A stretch of 64,000 nt of DNA from assembly GCA_963711565.1 (NCBI GenBank), contig CAVQEQ010000003.1:576001-640000 (forward strand), in the 5' to 3' direction. This DNA is from an uncultured delta proteobacterium (GTDB lineage: Bacteria; Desulfobacterota; Binatia; Binatales; Binataceae). The translations under genes and the position numbers were made by a program. The notes under the pieces are model-generated. The model was not told where the DNA came from. It saw only the letters and a program-made list of their open reading frames with translations, and searched no databases. This document shows positions 39,501 through 48,511 of the stretch, one piece after another (positions within the stretch are counted from its first letter, which is position 1; the number at the start of each line of letters is the position of its first letter).

Positions 39501-40511
39501 TGCGAACAACGTTGACGCGGCCAGCGCCAACGTCATCACCGGTAACCGCCCCTCGTCGAAAAAGCGCCCCGACACCAAAGTGTCGAATATGTTTTTCGCC
39601 CCCCACGAATCGAACTTCCAAACGTCATCCCATCGGCAGCGGTTCGCCTCGCCGCTGGCTATCAGCATCGGAATGACGAACCATGCGAGCAGGATGAAGG
39701 CGGGAATCAGGATCGATGCGGCGCGAAGGATTCGTCGCGAGCGATCACCTTTCGGTCCGACCAGGGCTATGACGGCTACCGAGACGATCGCCGCGTAACC
39801 GAACACGACGTGCGAGAGTGCTGTGGCAGCAACCAGGCAAGCTGCCAAAATTCTCCGCCTACCCGTGTTGAGCGAGTAGTTGGCGAGTCCCAGGGCCGGC
39901 ATCAACAGGTTGTAAGACATCAGTTGCGTATATAGGCCGGATCCGCGTCTAACGTACGCACCGTACGACAACCCATAGCGGCTGAGATCGCCCACCTCGC
40001 TCACACCCAGGATAAGAATCGATGCGAATCCTGCGGCGATAGGTTCCAGCCCAAATAACCGCGCACCCAGATAGGTGGATGCCGGCAGCGCTACCATCAA
40101 GAGATAGTAAAGCACTGCGAATGACGCCGGCGCTGAGGCGAAATGACTCGTCAACGTCAGCAACAGTCCTGCTATCATATGCGGCAGGGGCTGATAGAAG
40201 TGCCATAGCGGATATCCTAGAGCCCATTGCGACACCCATGGGTCGAGAAATGAGTCGCCCGTGATCAGACTCTGCGCCAGGCGCTGCGACGCTGCTATGT
40301 GGAAGCTAAGGTCGTTGACCGGAACTCGCTCGATGCGAATTTCCGGCCATAGCAATACCGCATTTACGATAAGCGCGAGCCCTAGCAGTATGAGCCCGCC
40401 GGCTTCTGCCCAGAGCCTCGCGGGGTCAGGAATCCTCCACCAACCTACGACCGCGCGCGGCACCGCAGTTGGCGCTTCAACACGAGGTTTTGCTTTCGCT
40501 GCCGCCGGCAT
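36540..40511 (-). CDS. Large membrane protein with two fused GT-C-like (YfhO / PTPS-related membrane protein) modules
   Basis: Two multi-TM units, each with an early Asp motif (NDLSFH, GHDSLEY) and G.P...F.PL, and each ending in a YfhO-like soluble domain (YFPG..ATVDG; YPGWTVLVDD). Confidence 0.7.
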   Translation of the reverse strand: MPAAAKAKPRVEAPTAVPRAVVGWWRIPDPARLWAEAGGLILLGLALIVNAVLLWPEIRIERVPVNDLSFHIAASQRLAQSLITGDSFLDPWVSQWALGYPLWHFYQPLPHMIAGLLLTLTSHFASAPASFAVLYYLLMVALPASTYLGARLFGLEPIAAGFASILILGVSEVGDLSRYGLSYGAYVRRGSGLYTQLMSYNLLMPALGLANYSLNTGRRRILAACLVAATALSHVVFGYAAIVSVAVIALVGPKGDRSRRILRAASILIPAFILLAWFVIPMLIASGEANRCRWDDVWKFDSWGAKNIFDTLVSGRFFDEGRLPVMTLALAASTLFALYRWKRPMPRRLLVLTAVWLAIFFGRTTWGYFMLALGLPGTFHVSRFESVFEMFAVLLTAWALAKGVAAAWRAGHAAKLVTAIALGAMAIVIFTERASYLKLNNQWGDESLAAIVVEGGDLEASLADIGTILRERPGRVWCGPTGGWASHFQIARMQPYSLLTLAGFDELSFLYHSLSWSSDVTAEIDDHDPYQARLFAMRAVLAPTTQAVPSYFKRRAVHGNLAVYEASSEGYFGLVDIGARYDGPLTTVLNRDWNWMNDPAVRAGAVVALGGDLKGVPEWKMFQALPPLDPGFSTSRGEVISESKEGETYSARLAVLRPCYALLKITYFPGQQATVDGKAAPIFRVYPNFCAIPVTPGEHQIVVRYHPGAIKPILLLAGFILVGLIAPAMRRPNYAARERRISARLAELATSWDTPRTRTALALAVLILLFTRALFSGNLLDGHDSLEYPPRLTEFAKILGDHQFPPVWAPDLGAGHGQPLFEFAPPLIYAMALPFFRAGLSRANSLQFGLAILFALGAIAIFLIGRNLSFSRIASIGAAAAWLFAPYQALDIYVCGRFAESAAIAVAPVALLGLITAIQRPTVVTVVLGALAVAMLPLAHNAIALLMFPAFAALVAVRAAVSDHRLKTAVAGASVLVGGLALSAFFWLPALLEREFVKTDLLRIGFLNWTNYIISPSQLFWSPWGYGYASRGPTNGISYSLGLVHIALAVAGLVVAMRAASRTRRLDAMLFAAVSMVFALLATDLSWSIWANFDTLQYLAYPWRTLCVPALFMPLLALYVFDRIGPRLTYVAIAAVVLLNVAHTQPKGIQTYDEAYYNAELIAQKGLNTTTREEYEPRTVLYRPKFDSVLLKGVRSAPIVSQLGVSSNSQSFKVDASGPALMQDSVFDYPGWTVLVDDHKVTTSPAANSGEITFNLPAGTHNVLVELRPTFIRRWSYYLSTASAVLMTLIMMLALATAGNRAEPADKAKPIPAKTRTRKSSSS

Positions 40512-40545
40512 TCCTTCGCTAACTATATACGCGAAGATTTCGACC

Positions 40546-41508
40546 TTAAGGGATGAGCAGAACTCTTCCGACTGCCTGCCGGCTCTCGATGTAGGCGTGA
40601 GCTGCCGCGGCCTCCGACAGCGGGAAGGTTCGATCAATCACGACCTTCAACTCGCCGCGCGCGGCCTCGTCGATCAGGCGCTGGATCATGTTATGCGCGC
40701 GGTCGGTGCCGATCTCGGCACCCAGAAACACGCCCGTCAAAGAACGGTTGCCTGCCATGAGCGACGACACATCGATGGTCATAGCCTCGCGTCCCGCGGC
40801 CCCAACCATCGAGACACGACCGCGATAGGCGAGCGACAGCAGGCTCCCTTGCAGCGTGGCGCCACCTACAGGATCAACGACAAGGTCCACTCCCCGCTTG
40901 TTGGTTATCTTCATCACCGACTTTACGACGTCTTCGGTCTTGTAGTTGATGCCATGATCGAGGCCTAGCGGCTTCAGCCGGTCCAGCCGGTCATTGCTCG
41001 ACGCCGTCGCCAGGACTGTCGCGCCCGCGCGCTTGGCCAGTTGAATCGCCGCAACACCTACACCGCTCGCGCCCGCCTGCACCAGGACCGTCTCTCCTGC
41101 CTTCAGATGCCCGAACTCGAACAGGCAATCGTCGGCGGTGCCAAACGGCACAGGGATGGCCGCAGCCAGCTTGATATCGAATCCCTTCGGCACCGGCCAC
41201 GCATTGCGCGCAGGTACCGCACGTAACGCGGCATGCGATCCGGCGCCAAAGACTGTGGTGACCTTCTGACCCACTTTTAGGTCTGTCACCTCCGCCCCTA
41301 CCTGCACGATCTCGCCGCCCGCCTGATAGCCAACGACATGCGGCTTACTCAGCAAAGCTCCATGCCAGCGATTGAGTGTGTCGCCGCCCTCGATACTCAC
41401 AGCCTCGACGCGAATTACGACGCCCTTGGGATGGCACTCGGGATCCGGGACGTCCTCGTACTTAAGAACGTCCGGACCGCCGTTTTGATAATAGACCGCA
41501 GCCTTCAT
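40546..41508 (-). CDS. NADPH:quinone oxidoreductase (MDR family)
   Basis: GGPDVL, AGASGVG, D.VGG, GRVLLIP. Confidence 0.93.
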   Translation of the reverse strand: MKAAVYYQNGGPDVLKYEDVPDPECHPKGVVIRVEAVSIEGGDTLNRWHGALLSKPHVVGYQAGGEIVQVGAEVTDLKVGQKVTTVFGAGSHAALRAVPARNAWPVPKGFDIKLAAAIPVPFGTADDCLFEFGHLKAGETVLVQAGASGVGVAAIQLAKRAGATVLATASSNDRLDRLKPLGLDHGINYKTEDVVKSVMKITNKRGVDLVVDPVGGATLQGSLLSLAYRGRVSMVGAAGREAMTIDVSSLMAGNRSLTGVFLGAEIGTDRAHNMIQRLIDEAARGELKVVIDRTFPLSEAAAAHAYIESRQAVGRVLLIP

Positions 41509-41518
41509 CGCTCACTCC

Positions 41519-42730
41519 TCACTCGACGATAGCCGAGTAGATGATGTTCCTGAGTTGTCCGCGAAAGTTGAAGGTGGCCGACGGCATCAGCTGCGTCATG
41601 AAGATCACCACCAGGTCTTCCTTAGGATCCACCCAGAAGATAGTCGAGGCCGCGCCGCCCCAGTAATAGTCGCCGCCGCCGAGCGCGCCGGCTTCGACCT
41701 GTCCGAGTGTCATCGCGAAGCCTAGCCCGAAGCCGACGCCTTCGTAGGCGGTCTCCGAGAACGCGCCGACCGCCATCCCGCTTAGGTCTTTGCCGCCGGC
41801 CAGGTGATTAAGATGCATCAACTCGATCGTACGAGGTCCGAGAATGCGCACGCCGTCCAGCTCACCTCCGCGGCGCAGCATTTCGCAGAAGCGTAGGTAG
41901 TCGGCAGTCGTGCCGGTCAATCCCCCGCCGCCGGAAAAGAAGGTCGGCTGCTTGAGATAGTTGCTGCGCTCGGGATCGTCTATCAGTTTGAGAGACTTAT
42001 CGGCCTGCCGTTCATAGTTAGCCGCAAGGCGATCCGCCTTGCGCTGCGCCACCATGAAGGAAGTATCCTTCATGTCGAGCGGATCGAAAATCGTCTCCTG
42101 CAGATATTGGTCGAAGCGCTTTCCGGATATCACCTCGACCAGGTAGCCGCATACGTCGGTCGATAACGAATACATCCATCGCTCGCCGGGCTGATAGCGC
42201 AGCGGCACCTTCGCCAGCTTGTCCGCGAATCCGCCAAGTGTCTCGCCCGCGCCGCGCCCCACTCCCACCTCGCGATAGGCGCGATCAACCGGATGATTGG
42301 TGGCGCCATAGGTAAGTCCACCGGTGTGGCTAAGCACGTGACGCATAGACATCGGCCGGGCCGGGGCCGCGGTCTCCATGCTCGGGCCTTCGCCCGAGAC
42401 CCACACCTTGTGATCACGCCATGCGGGGATAAAACGCGACACCGGATCGTTGAGCTGGAAATGACCCTGCTCGAAGAGAGTCATCAACGCGACCGACGTG
42501 ATCGGCTTGGTCATTGAATAGAGCCGGAAGATCGTATCGTCGGTCACGGGCTTGCGCCGCTCGCGATCCATCAAGCCTTGCGATTTGAAATAAGCTACGT
42601 GCCCATGCCTCGCTACCAACGTCTGGCATCCGGCTATTTTGCCGGGCGCGATGTAGTTCTTGTCGAGGTGCTCGGTAATCCGATTGATTCGTTCGGGCGC
42701 GAATCCGGCCCGCTTGGGTGCCAGTTCCAT
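41519..42730 (-). CDS. Serine hydrolase, beta-lactamase/esterase family
   Basis: YSMTKP (SxxK), HTGGL, PGERWMYS, WGGAAST; start MELAPK with GGAGAGG RBS. Confidence 0.92.
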   Translation of the reverse strand: MELAPKRAGFAPERINRITEHLDKNYIAPGKIAGCQTLVARHGHVAYFKSQGLMDRERRKPVTDDTIFRLYSMTKPITSVALMTLFEQGHFQLNDPVSRFIPAWRDHKVWVSGEGPSMETAAPARPMSMRHVLSHTGGLTYGATNHPVDRAYREVGVGRGAGETLGGFADKLAKVPLRYQPGERWMYSLSTDVCGYLVEVISGKRFDQYLQETIFDPLDMKDTSFMVAQRKADRLAANYERQADKSLKLIDDPERSNYLKQPTFFSGGGGLTGTTADYLRFCEMLRRGGELDGVRILGPRTIELMHLNHLAGGKDLSGMAVGAFSETAYEGVGFGLGFAMTLGQVEAGALGGGDYYWGGAASTIFWVDPKEDLVVIFMTQLMPSATFNFRGQLRNIIYSAIVE

Positions 42731-42765
42731 CTGTCCTCTCCTCAGTGGCGTCGAGCAGTCATAGC

Positions 42766-44109
42766 CTAAAAGTAAATCGGATCCACATACAAGCCGCGAG
42801 TGGCGGCGCCCGGCGGCTCGGGGATTCCGAATGAAATCACCACGTACCGTTCCAACTCGCTCGCCAGTGCGCGCACGCGCTCGTATCCCGCGGAATCCTC
42901 GGACGTGAAGACCGACAGCCGGTCGAGCCCGCGATCGCGGAGCCATCCGCATTGCGCGCGAAGTAACGCTTCGAACTCGTGCTCCGCACCCGGCAAAAAT
43001 CCCCAGTCCAGCGCGAGACCGCGCCGCGATTCGATGCGATTCTCCTTCGACTCGATGATAAACCGCACCGTCTCTCCCGCCGGCCAGACGCCCACCACAG
43101 CGCGATCGGTCATCCGCAACCGTTCCCAGCAGTAATCTCGTGGAGAACGCTCGACGCGCGCGGTGAACGACGCGACCGTGTACGGCTGGTACATTTCGTC
43201 TGACTCGTGCGTAGCGTTGAGAATCTCGACGATTCGCGGCGCGTCGCGCGGCGTTGCAGGTCTTCCGATTTGCGGCCCCGCGAGCGACGCGCATGGAAGC
43301 TGCGCGCGAATCTGATGCGTGCTCCATCGCGGCGCACCCGCAAATCCTCGCAGCATCGCGGCATTGTCGACCGACGGATACGCTGTGCTCCCGTCCACCG
43401 ATCCTTCCGGGTACTTCTCGTCGAACACGCGGTTTATCGCGCCCCACAAACCCTTCTTCTGATGCTCGGGAAGAATCCGCAGATGCGCGAACGCGTGGAT
43501 GCGATAATCGCGCCCTCCGACGCGCACCGTGTGAAGCGCGGCCACGTTCACGCCTGCCGGCTTTCCATCCACGAAACCCAGCGCAACCAGGAAGTTGTCC
43601 ATCAGGCGGGTGAACGCGAAGTAGTCGTCGCCGCGCTCGATCGTCATCGTAGTGCCGTCGCCCAGTACGATCGGGCATCGCCGCTCGATGTCGGAGAGCA
43701 CGGCCGCGTCGGCGATCGTCGCCGCGCGCGATACCACTTCGAAATCGAGGATACGCTCGCGAGTGAGCAGGGTTATGCGATGCGGCTCGCTGTCCTCGAC
43801 CTCGCACGTCAGCAGAAATTTCTTGTCGCCCCCGGACGCCAGGGTGACCGCCACGTGGAAGTCGGACACCTGCTCAACCGACGCCACCCTGAAATCGCCG
43901 TAGCTCTGATTGCAGCGCTTCCATCCTCCCGTACTCACTTCGTGCGGGTAAGGAAATGGCGCGCGCACGACCATGTTCAGCGCGCATCCTGCGGCGAGCT
44001 CAGCCTCGGACGAGCCTTCGACGCCCGAGCTGACGCGCTCGAGATACCACGCGAGCTGGCGTCCCGCAGGACCGTCCGGAATTTCGGGAAATGTCTTCAC
44101 CGCGGCCAC
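42766..44109 (-). CDS. Hypothetical fusion: Cpe/LpqF-like N-domain plus tandem GNAT-like domains
   Basis: PDGPAGRQLAWYL N-terminal domain; RAATIADA and RPATPRDA GNAT starts; LRILPEHQKKGL acyl-CoA-binding motif A. Confidence 0.55.
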   Translation of the reverse strand: MAAVKTFPEIPDGPAGRQLAWYLERVSSGVEGSSEAELAAGCALNMVVRAPFPYPHEVSTGGWKRCNQSYGDFRVASVEQVSDFHVAVTLASGGDKKFLLTCEVEDSEPHRITLLTRERILDFEVVSRAATIADAAVLSDIERRCPIVLGDGTTMTIERGDDYFAFTRLMDNFLVALGFVDGKPAGVNVAALHTVRVGGRDYRIHAFAHLRILPEHQKKGLWGAINRVFDEKYPEGSVDGSTAYPSVDNAAMLRGFAGAPRWSTHQIRAQLPCASLAGPQIGRPATPRDAPRIVEILNATHESDEMYQPYTVASFTARVERSPRDYCWERLRMTDRAVVGVWPAGETVRFIIESKENRIESRRGLALDWGFLPGAEHEFEALLRAQCGWLRDRGLDRLSVFTSEDSAGYERVRALASELERYVVISFGIPEPPGAATRGLYVDPIYF

Positions 44110-44201
44110 GATGATGATCTAGTACGAATTCGCGCAATTGTCGCGCGCCGGTGGAAGAGTCCGGGCACGCAAACGGTTGGGATCGGCGAAGCTCGACGGC
44201 G

Positions 44202-45020
44202 TCAGATGTCGTATTCGGTCAGCAGAGCGCGTCTTAATTTTGCGAAGTGAACCACCCCTGCCAGGTATTGAAGCTTCTTGGTCGAGGAAAGTTGCGCGCC
44301 GAAGCTCAGGCCGAATCGACCTTCGAAGTATTTGAGCACCGTCGTGGAGACTGAATCGGGGAGTTCCGCGGAGGCGGATTTAGACTGCCTCCCTTGTTGC
44401 CCGGCTTCCAGGAAAATCTTTCGCGCGATTGCCTCGGGAAATACACCGAGGCTTACGAGAATGTCGGCTGCTAGTTCTTCAGGATCGTCGAGATGTTCTC
44501 GGTAGGCGGTGTAGCTCAACAACTGAGCATGCTGCTTGTGCGAATCAAAGAGCCGACCGACCAGGTGATGGCCCATTTCGTGAGAGAATGCCGCGCCGAT
44601 CGCCGCGGGATGATGCGCGGTGTTCACGCAGATCAGCGGCAACCGTGAACGACCCATTTCTCGCACGTAAAATCCCAACAAGGCGGATCCTTGCGGTCCA
44701 GTGAGCTTTGCCAGTTGGAACTGAACTCCCAAGTCCGACCAGTGACGCTTGAATTCGGCGGGCGAAACCAGTCTCACGTATTCATCATTCAAATGCGGCC
44801 AGACGGTACTCCTGGCTTCCGCAATGATTTCTCGAACCTCGGAGCGGCCCAGCGATCTTCTGAGAGGGAGCCCGTAGTCGTTTCGCGCGAGAGCGCGAAT
44901 TTCCGCGCCGGCGCTGCGCGAGGCTGACGACCAAGGGCGCGGACCGTCGCTCGAATTCATTATTTGCGCCGCCAATGCGTCGAAAATCGATGCGGTTTGA
45001 CTTGTAGCTTTGTTTGTCAA
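44202..45020 (-). CDS. ImmA/IrrE-family zinc metallopeptidase
   Basis: LGFY..., ICVN, FSHEMGH (HExxH) and EELAAD third-ligand motif; probable TTG start at 45020 after GGGAGAGGGGG. Confidence 0.7.
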   Translation of the reverse strand: MTNKATSQTASIFDALAAQIMNSSDGPRPWSSASRSAGAEIRALARNDYGLPLRRSLGRSEVREIIAEARSTVWPHLNDEYVRLVSPAEFKRHWSDLGVQFQLAKLTGPQGSALLGFYVREMGRSRLPLICVNTAHHPAAIGAAFSHEMGHHLVGRLFDSHKQHAQLLSYTAYREHLDDPEELAADILVSLGVFPEAIARKIFLEAGQQGRQSKSASAELPDSVSTTVLKYFEGRFGLSFGAQLSSTKKLQYLAGVVHFAKLRRALLTEYDI

Positions 45021-45388
45021 GAGTTCCCCCTCTCCCAAACCTGCCCTCGGGTCCAAAATGACGACAGACCACTCCAAAGGCAGCTAACGCAAGTCTACAT
45101 ATCACACCTTTAGCCGAAAGCAAAATCCAAAATTCGGGCGAAGTATCCATCTGCGGATTATTGACTATTTGTCATCAGATGGAGTTAAAACGTGACTGAT
45201 CGTCTGCTTTCCAATGATTGTACTGACAAACTTCGGACGACGAGAACGTCAGCATTTTGCTACGCGGTCTCGCCGTCCGATCGCTCGGGTCGTCCGAGCG
45301 AGGTCCCGCGGGCCACCGCGCACGGACTGACCACAGCCCGCCTCGCCACCTCACAATCGCTCATCTGAAAACAATAAGGAGACATCCA

Positions 45389-46066
45389 ATGGAAATGCGC
45401 CTCTTAACCACGGAGGGCGAACGACACGTTTTCGCCCAACGGCTCGCGGACGCGCGCGCTCGCCATGGCGCCAGCTACAGAGACGTAGGCCGCTCGCGGG
45501 CGAGAAATATGGTTCGCCTGGCCGCCGCGGATATCTACGGCTTGTTCGAGACCGAAGGTGACCACGCGGAACGCATGGCCGCCGGCGTCGCGCTTCACGA
45601 TCTCGCGGTCTATCCGCAAAGCTGTCCGCAGCCCGATCTCTCGGGCTATGCGCCTCAATCGGTGCTTGAGTGCAGTGACCATTGGTCGCTGTCGCGAGGC
45701 GCCGGCATGCGTGCGTGGCGCGGCATCGCGGTTCAGGTCGTTCGCCGAAACCCTAATGCGGTCCTCGTCTATCTGGCCGTCGGAACTCATGACGGATTCT
45801 ACACGGCGATGGGCTTCGTCAATGCGGGCGAGCCGGTCGAGTATCCGTATCTCGAGGAGCCCGGCCAGCGTCGGCCGTGGGTTCAGCCGAAGATCCTCGA
45901 AGGGGAAGCGCTGGCGAGACTGACTGCCAACGTGCACCGGTTGAAGATCGAAACTCCAGACAACTATCGAACTATCCGGTTCGACAACTGCGATCGGTTG
46001 AGACCCGCGGCGAATCGGTATCGGCCCGGAATCGGCGAAATGGCTGCCGCAGCCGCTCACGTCTGA
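45389..46066 (+). CDS. Putative GNAT-fold acyltransferase, N-acyl amino acid synthase (FeeM)/LuxI-like
   Basis: MEMRLLTTEGER start, VLECSD, HDGFYTAMGF...GEPVEYP; strong AAGGAG RBS. Confidence 0.5.
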   Translation: MEMRLLTTEGERHVFAQRLADARARHGASYRDVGRSRARNMVRLAAADIYGLFETEGDHAERMAAGVALHDLAVYPQSCPQPDLSGYAPQSVLECSDHWSLSRGAGMRAWRGIAVQVVRRNPNAVLVYLAVGTHDGFYTAMGFVNAGEPVEYPYLEEPGQRRPWVQPKILEGEALARLTANVHRLKIETPDNYRTIRFDNCDRLRPAANRYRPGIGEMAAAAAHV

Positions 46067-46158
46067 TTCCGCCCTTCGATGGATCCGTAGGATTGGTTAC
46101 AAACATTCTTTCCGAATCCGCGAAGACCATGCGGATTTGCTCAAACGAGGAAAAATCA

Positions 46159-47169
46159 ATGAACATCGATCTCACAAAAGATCGCGAGGCGCAGGAGCGT
46201 CGGTCGGACGCTTTTGATGGCGCTATTCCAGTCAAACTGACCAAGGAGGAGCTGCGCGAATTGTCGGCGCTGAGCCCGCTCAGAAGCACGCTTCATATTC
46301 TTGCCGAATGGACGCTGATAGTGGCTGCGATATTTCTCTGCCGACGACACTTCCGCATCGCTGCGTACCTGCTGACTGTCGCATTCATCGGAGCGCGGCA
46401 ACACGCGCTGCTCATCCTGATGCATGACGGCGTGCACTACCGGCTATTCCGTGACCGGCGGCTGAATGATTGGACCGCCGAGATCATCCTGGCATGGCCG
46501 AACCTGATATCGGCGCGCGCTTATCGCAAGAACCATTTCGCGCATCATCGTTATCTGAATACCGGCCAGGATCCCGACTGGGCCCGCCGCCAGGACGACG
46601 CGTCGTGGGTCTTTCCCATGCGCTTGCGGCGACTCGCGATGCTGATACTTCGCGACGCATCCGGCCTCGGCGCGATCTTCTATCTCATGCTGGTGAGAAC
46701 CCTTCTCTCGAAAGACACCGGCGGGAGCCGCGGCTTTCTGGCCGCTCGATACGGCTTCTACGCGGCGGTCGTCGCGATCTTCGCCTGGTTCGGCGCGCTC
46801 CACCTGCTCCTGATGTACTGGATCGTTCCGCTGTTCACCTGGCTGATCGTGATCTTCCGCGTGCGCAGCATCGCCGAACACTCCGCCATCGAAGGCCGCG
46901 CCAACGCATACGCGCAGACGCGATCCACGCGCGCATCCTTGCTCGAGCACATCTTCGTCGCGCCAAAGAACGTCAACTACCACATCGAGCATCACTTCTA
47001 CCCCAGCGTGCCGTTCTATCGGTTGCCGGAGCTTCATCGCGTGCTGATGTCGAAGTCGGACTTCAAGGATTCCGTTCACGTGACGCGCAGCTATCTTGGT
47101 GTGCTCCGCGAATGCGTTCGCAGCTCGCATCCGATTCTCACGCTGCGTCCGAGTCGCGCCCAAGCATGA
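46159..47169 (+). CDS. Membrane fatty-acid desaturase family protein
   Basis: His boxes HDGVH, HFAHH, EH and HIEHH, plus VPFYRLP; GAGG RBS. Confidence 0.92.
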   Translation: MNIDLTKDREAQERRSDAFDGAIPVKLTKEELRELSALSPLRSTLHILAEWTLIVAAIFLCRRHFRIAAYLLTVAFIGARQHALLILMHDGVHYRLFRDRRLNDWTAEIILAWPNLISARAYRKNHFAHHRYLNTGQDPDWARRQDDASWVFPMRLRRLAMLILRDASGLGAIFYLMLVRTLLSKDTGGSRGFLAARYGFYAAVVAIFAWFGALHLLLMYWIVPLFTWLIVIFRVRSIAEHSAIEGRANAYAQTRSTRASLLEHIFVAPKNVNYHIEHHFYPSVPFYRLPELHRVLMSKSDFKDSVHVTRSYLGVLRECVRSSHPILTLRPSRAQA

Positions 47170-47177
47170 ACGCAAAG

Positions 47178-47209
47178 GCGGCGGCGGACTGTAGAAGGTC
47201 CGCCGCCGC
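47178..47209. terminator. Hairpin/terminator between convergent genes
   Basis: 12-bp perfect stem GCGGCGGCGGAC/GTCCGCCGCCGC. Confidence 0.7.
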
Positions 47210-47241
47210 TGAATGACGACAACTGATTTTCTCGCGTCGAG

Positions 47242-48423
47242 CTAGGACGCGCGCGCCTCGGGAAATACGCGGAGAAAGTTTTCCGAGTAGAAGCGGTCGC
47301 GGATTTGTCCGGAATGATCTCCGAGCGACGCCTCGAAGCGGGCGATCGGATTGCGGCCGCCCTCGGTGTGCGGATAGTCGGTCGAGAACAAGTACAGGTC
47401 CGGGTTTGACTGATCGATCAGAGCGCCGACGTCCTCGAACACGAACGGCGTGAATGCCATCTGCTGCGTGAGCTGTTCCGACGGCTTGCGCGTGAAGCGC
47501 GAGAGGTTCGCATCCGTCTTGCTCCAGATCTTCACCGTCCAGTCCAGCCGCACGAGCATCGCCGGCACCCATCCGGCGCCCAGCTCGACGCATGCGCCGC
47601 GCAGTTTCGGGAACCGCTCGAATACGCCATCAATCAACATCATCGAAAGGAAAGTCTCCGGCCCCTGGTGCAGGACTGCCATGTCCTTGGTCCGAAGATT
47701 CTCGCCACCGCCCATCCAATCTTTGACCGGTGGCCGGCCGTTGTTTATCCACGCCTTATCGAGTTGCAGCGGCGAGCCGCCGACATGCATCACGAACGGC
47801 GTGTTCGATTCGACCAGCCTCGCCCAGAAGGGATCAAACTCGACGTGACCGGGAGAGCGGCCGCCGCACGCGTGATGCGGCACCCAAATGGCCCCGGCGC
47901 CACTCTTCAACGCGAACTCGAGTTCCTCGAGCGCGAATGCGGGATCGTCGAGCGGCGCGATGGCGACACCCATCAGACGCGAGTCGTGCGCGCAAAAGTC
48001 CGCCATGTGCCGGTTGTGGGCGCGCGCCGCTCCGTAGCGCAGCTTCGGCGGGATTTTCGAGCTCGGCGAAAACGGCATCGTGACACTGTGCGTCGCGAAC
48101 ACGAGCTGCTTCTTGAAGCCGAGCATGTCCATCGCCTTCGAGCGTTCGCGGCCGTCAAACGCGCCCAACGCCTGGATCTCTTTCGATCGTTCGATTAACT
48201 GATCGCCGAGTGCGATCATCTCGGCGACATGTTCCGCAGTATGCCGCCCCCCGCGCGCCATGATCTCGGCGACTTCTTCATCGGTGACGAGCGACGCGCT
48301 GTAGCTTACGGCCGGGATGTCCGCGCGCAGCTCCGGGTCGGCATACTTCTGCAGAAAATCCGGAAGCTCCATGATATGGCTGTCGGCGTCGTAAATCGGC
48401 CGATTGTTGGGTGCATAAGCCAT
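47242..48423 (-). CDS. Amidohydrolase_2 family protein
   Basis: DADSH, MHVGG, FERFPKL, STDYPHTEG. Confidence 0.9.
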   Translation of the reverse strand: MAYAPNNRPIYDADSHIMELPDFLQKYADPELRADIPAVSYSASLVTDEEVAEIMARGGRHTAEHVAEMIALGDQLIERSKEIQALGAFDGRERSKAMDMLGFKKQLVFATHSVTMPFSPSSKIPPKLRYGAARAHNRHMADFCAHDSRLMGVAIAPLDDPAFALEELEFALKSGAGAIWVPHHACGGRSPGHVEFDPFWARLVESNTPFVMHVGGSPLQLDKAWINNGRPPVKDWMGGGENLRTKDMAVLHQGPETFLSMMLIDGVFERFPKLRGACVELGAGWVPAMLVRLDWTVKIWSKTDANLSRFTRKPSEQLTQQMAFTPFVFEDVGALIDQSNPDLYLFSTDYPHTEGGRNPIARFEASLGDHSGQIRDRFYSENFLRVFPEARAS

Positions 48424-48511
48424 GACGGTTACCTCTGCTTGCCGCGTGCTCTTGCAGAATGCTCGAGGCCGATTAAAGCACCAACGTCAGCATCCGCTCA
48501 AGGAAGGCGAC

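Noticed and set aside
41519-43807. 762-aa ORF as one fusion protein (likewise the extended ORFs 34054-35790, 59348-60907, 55567-56526)
   Set aside because: The N-terminal extensions overlap genuine neighbouring genes in other frames; true starts are internal
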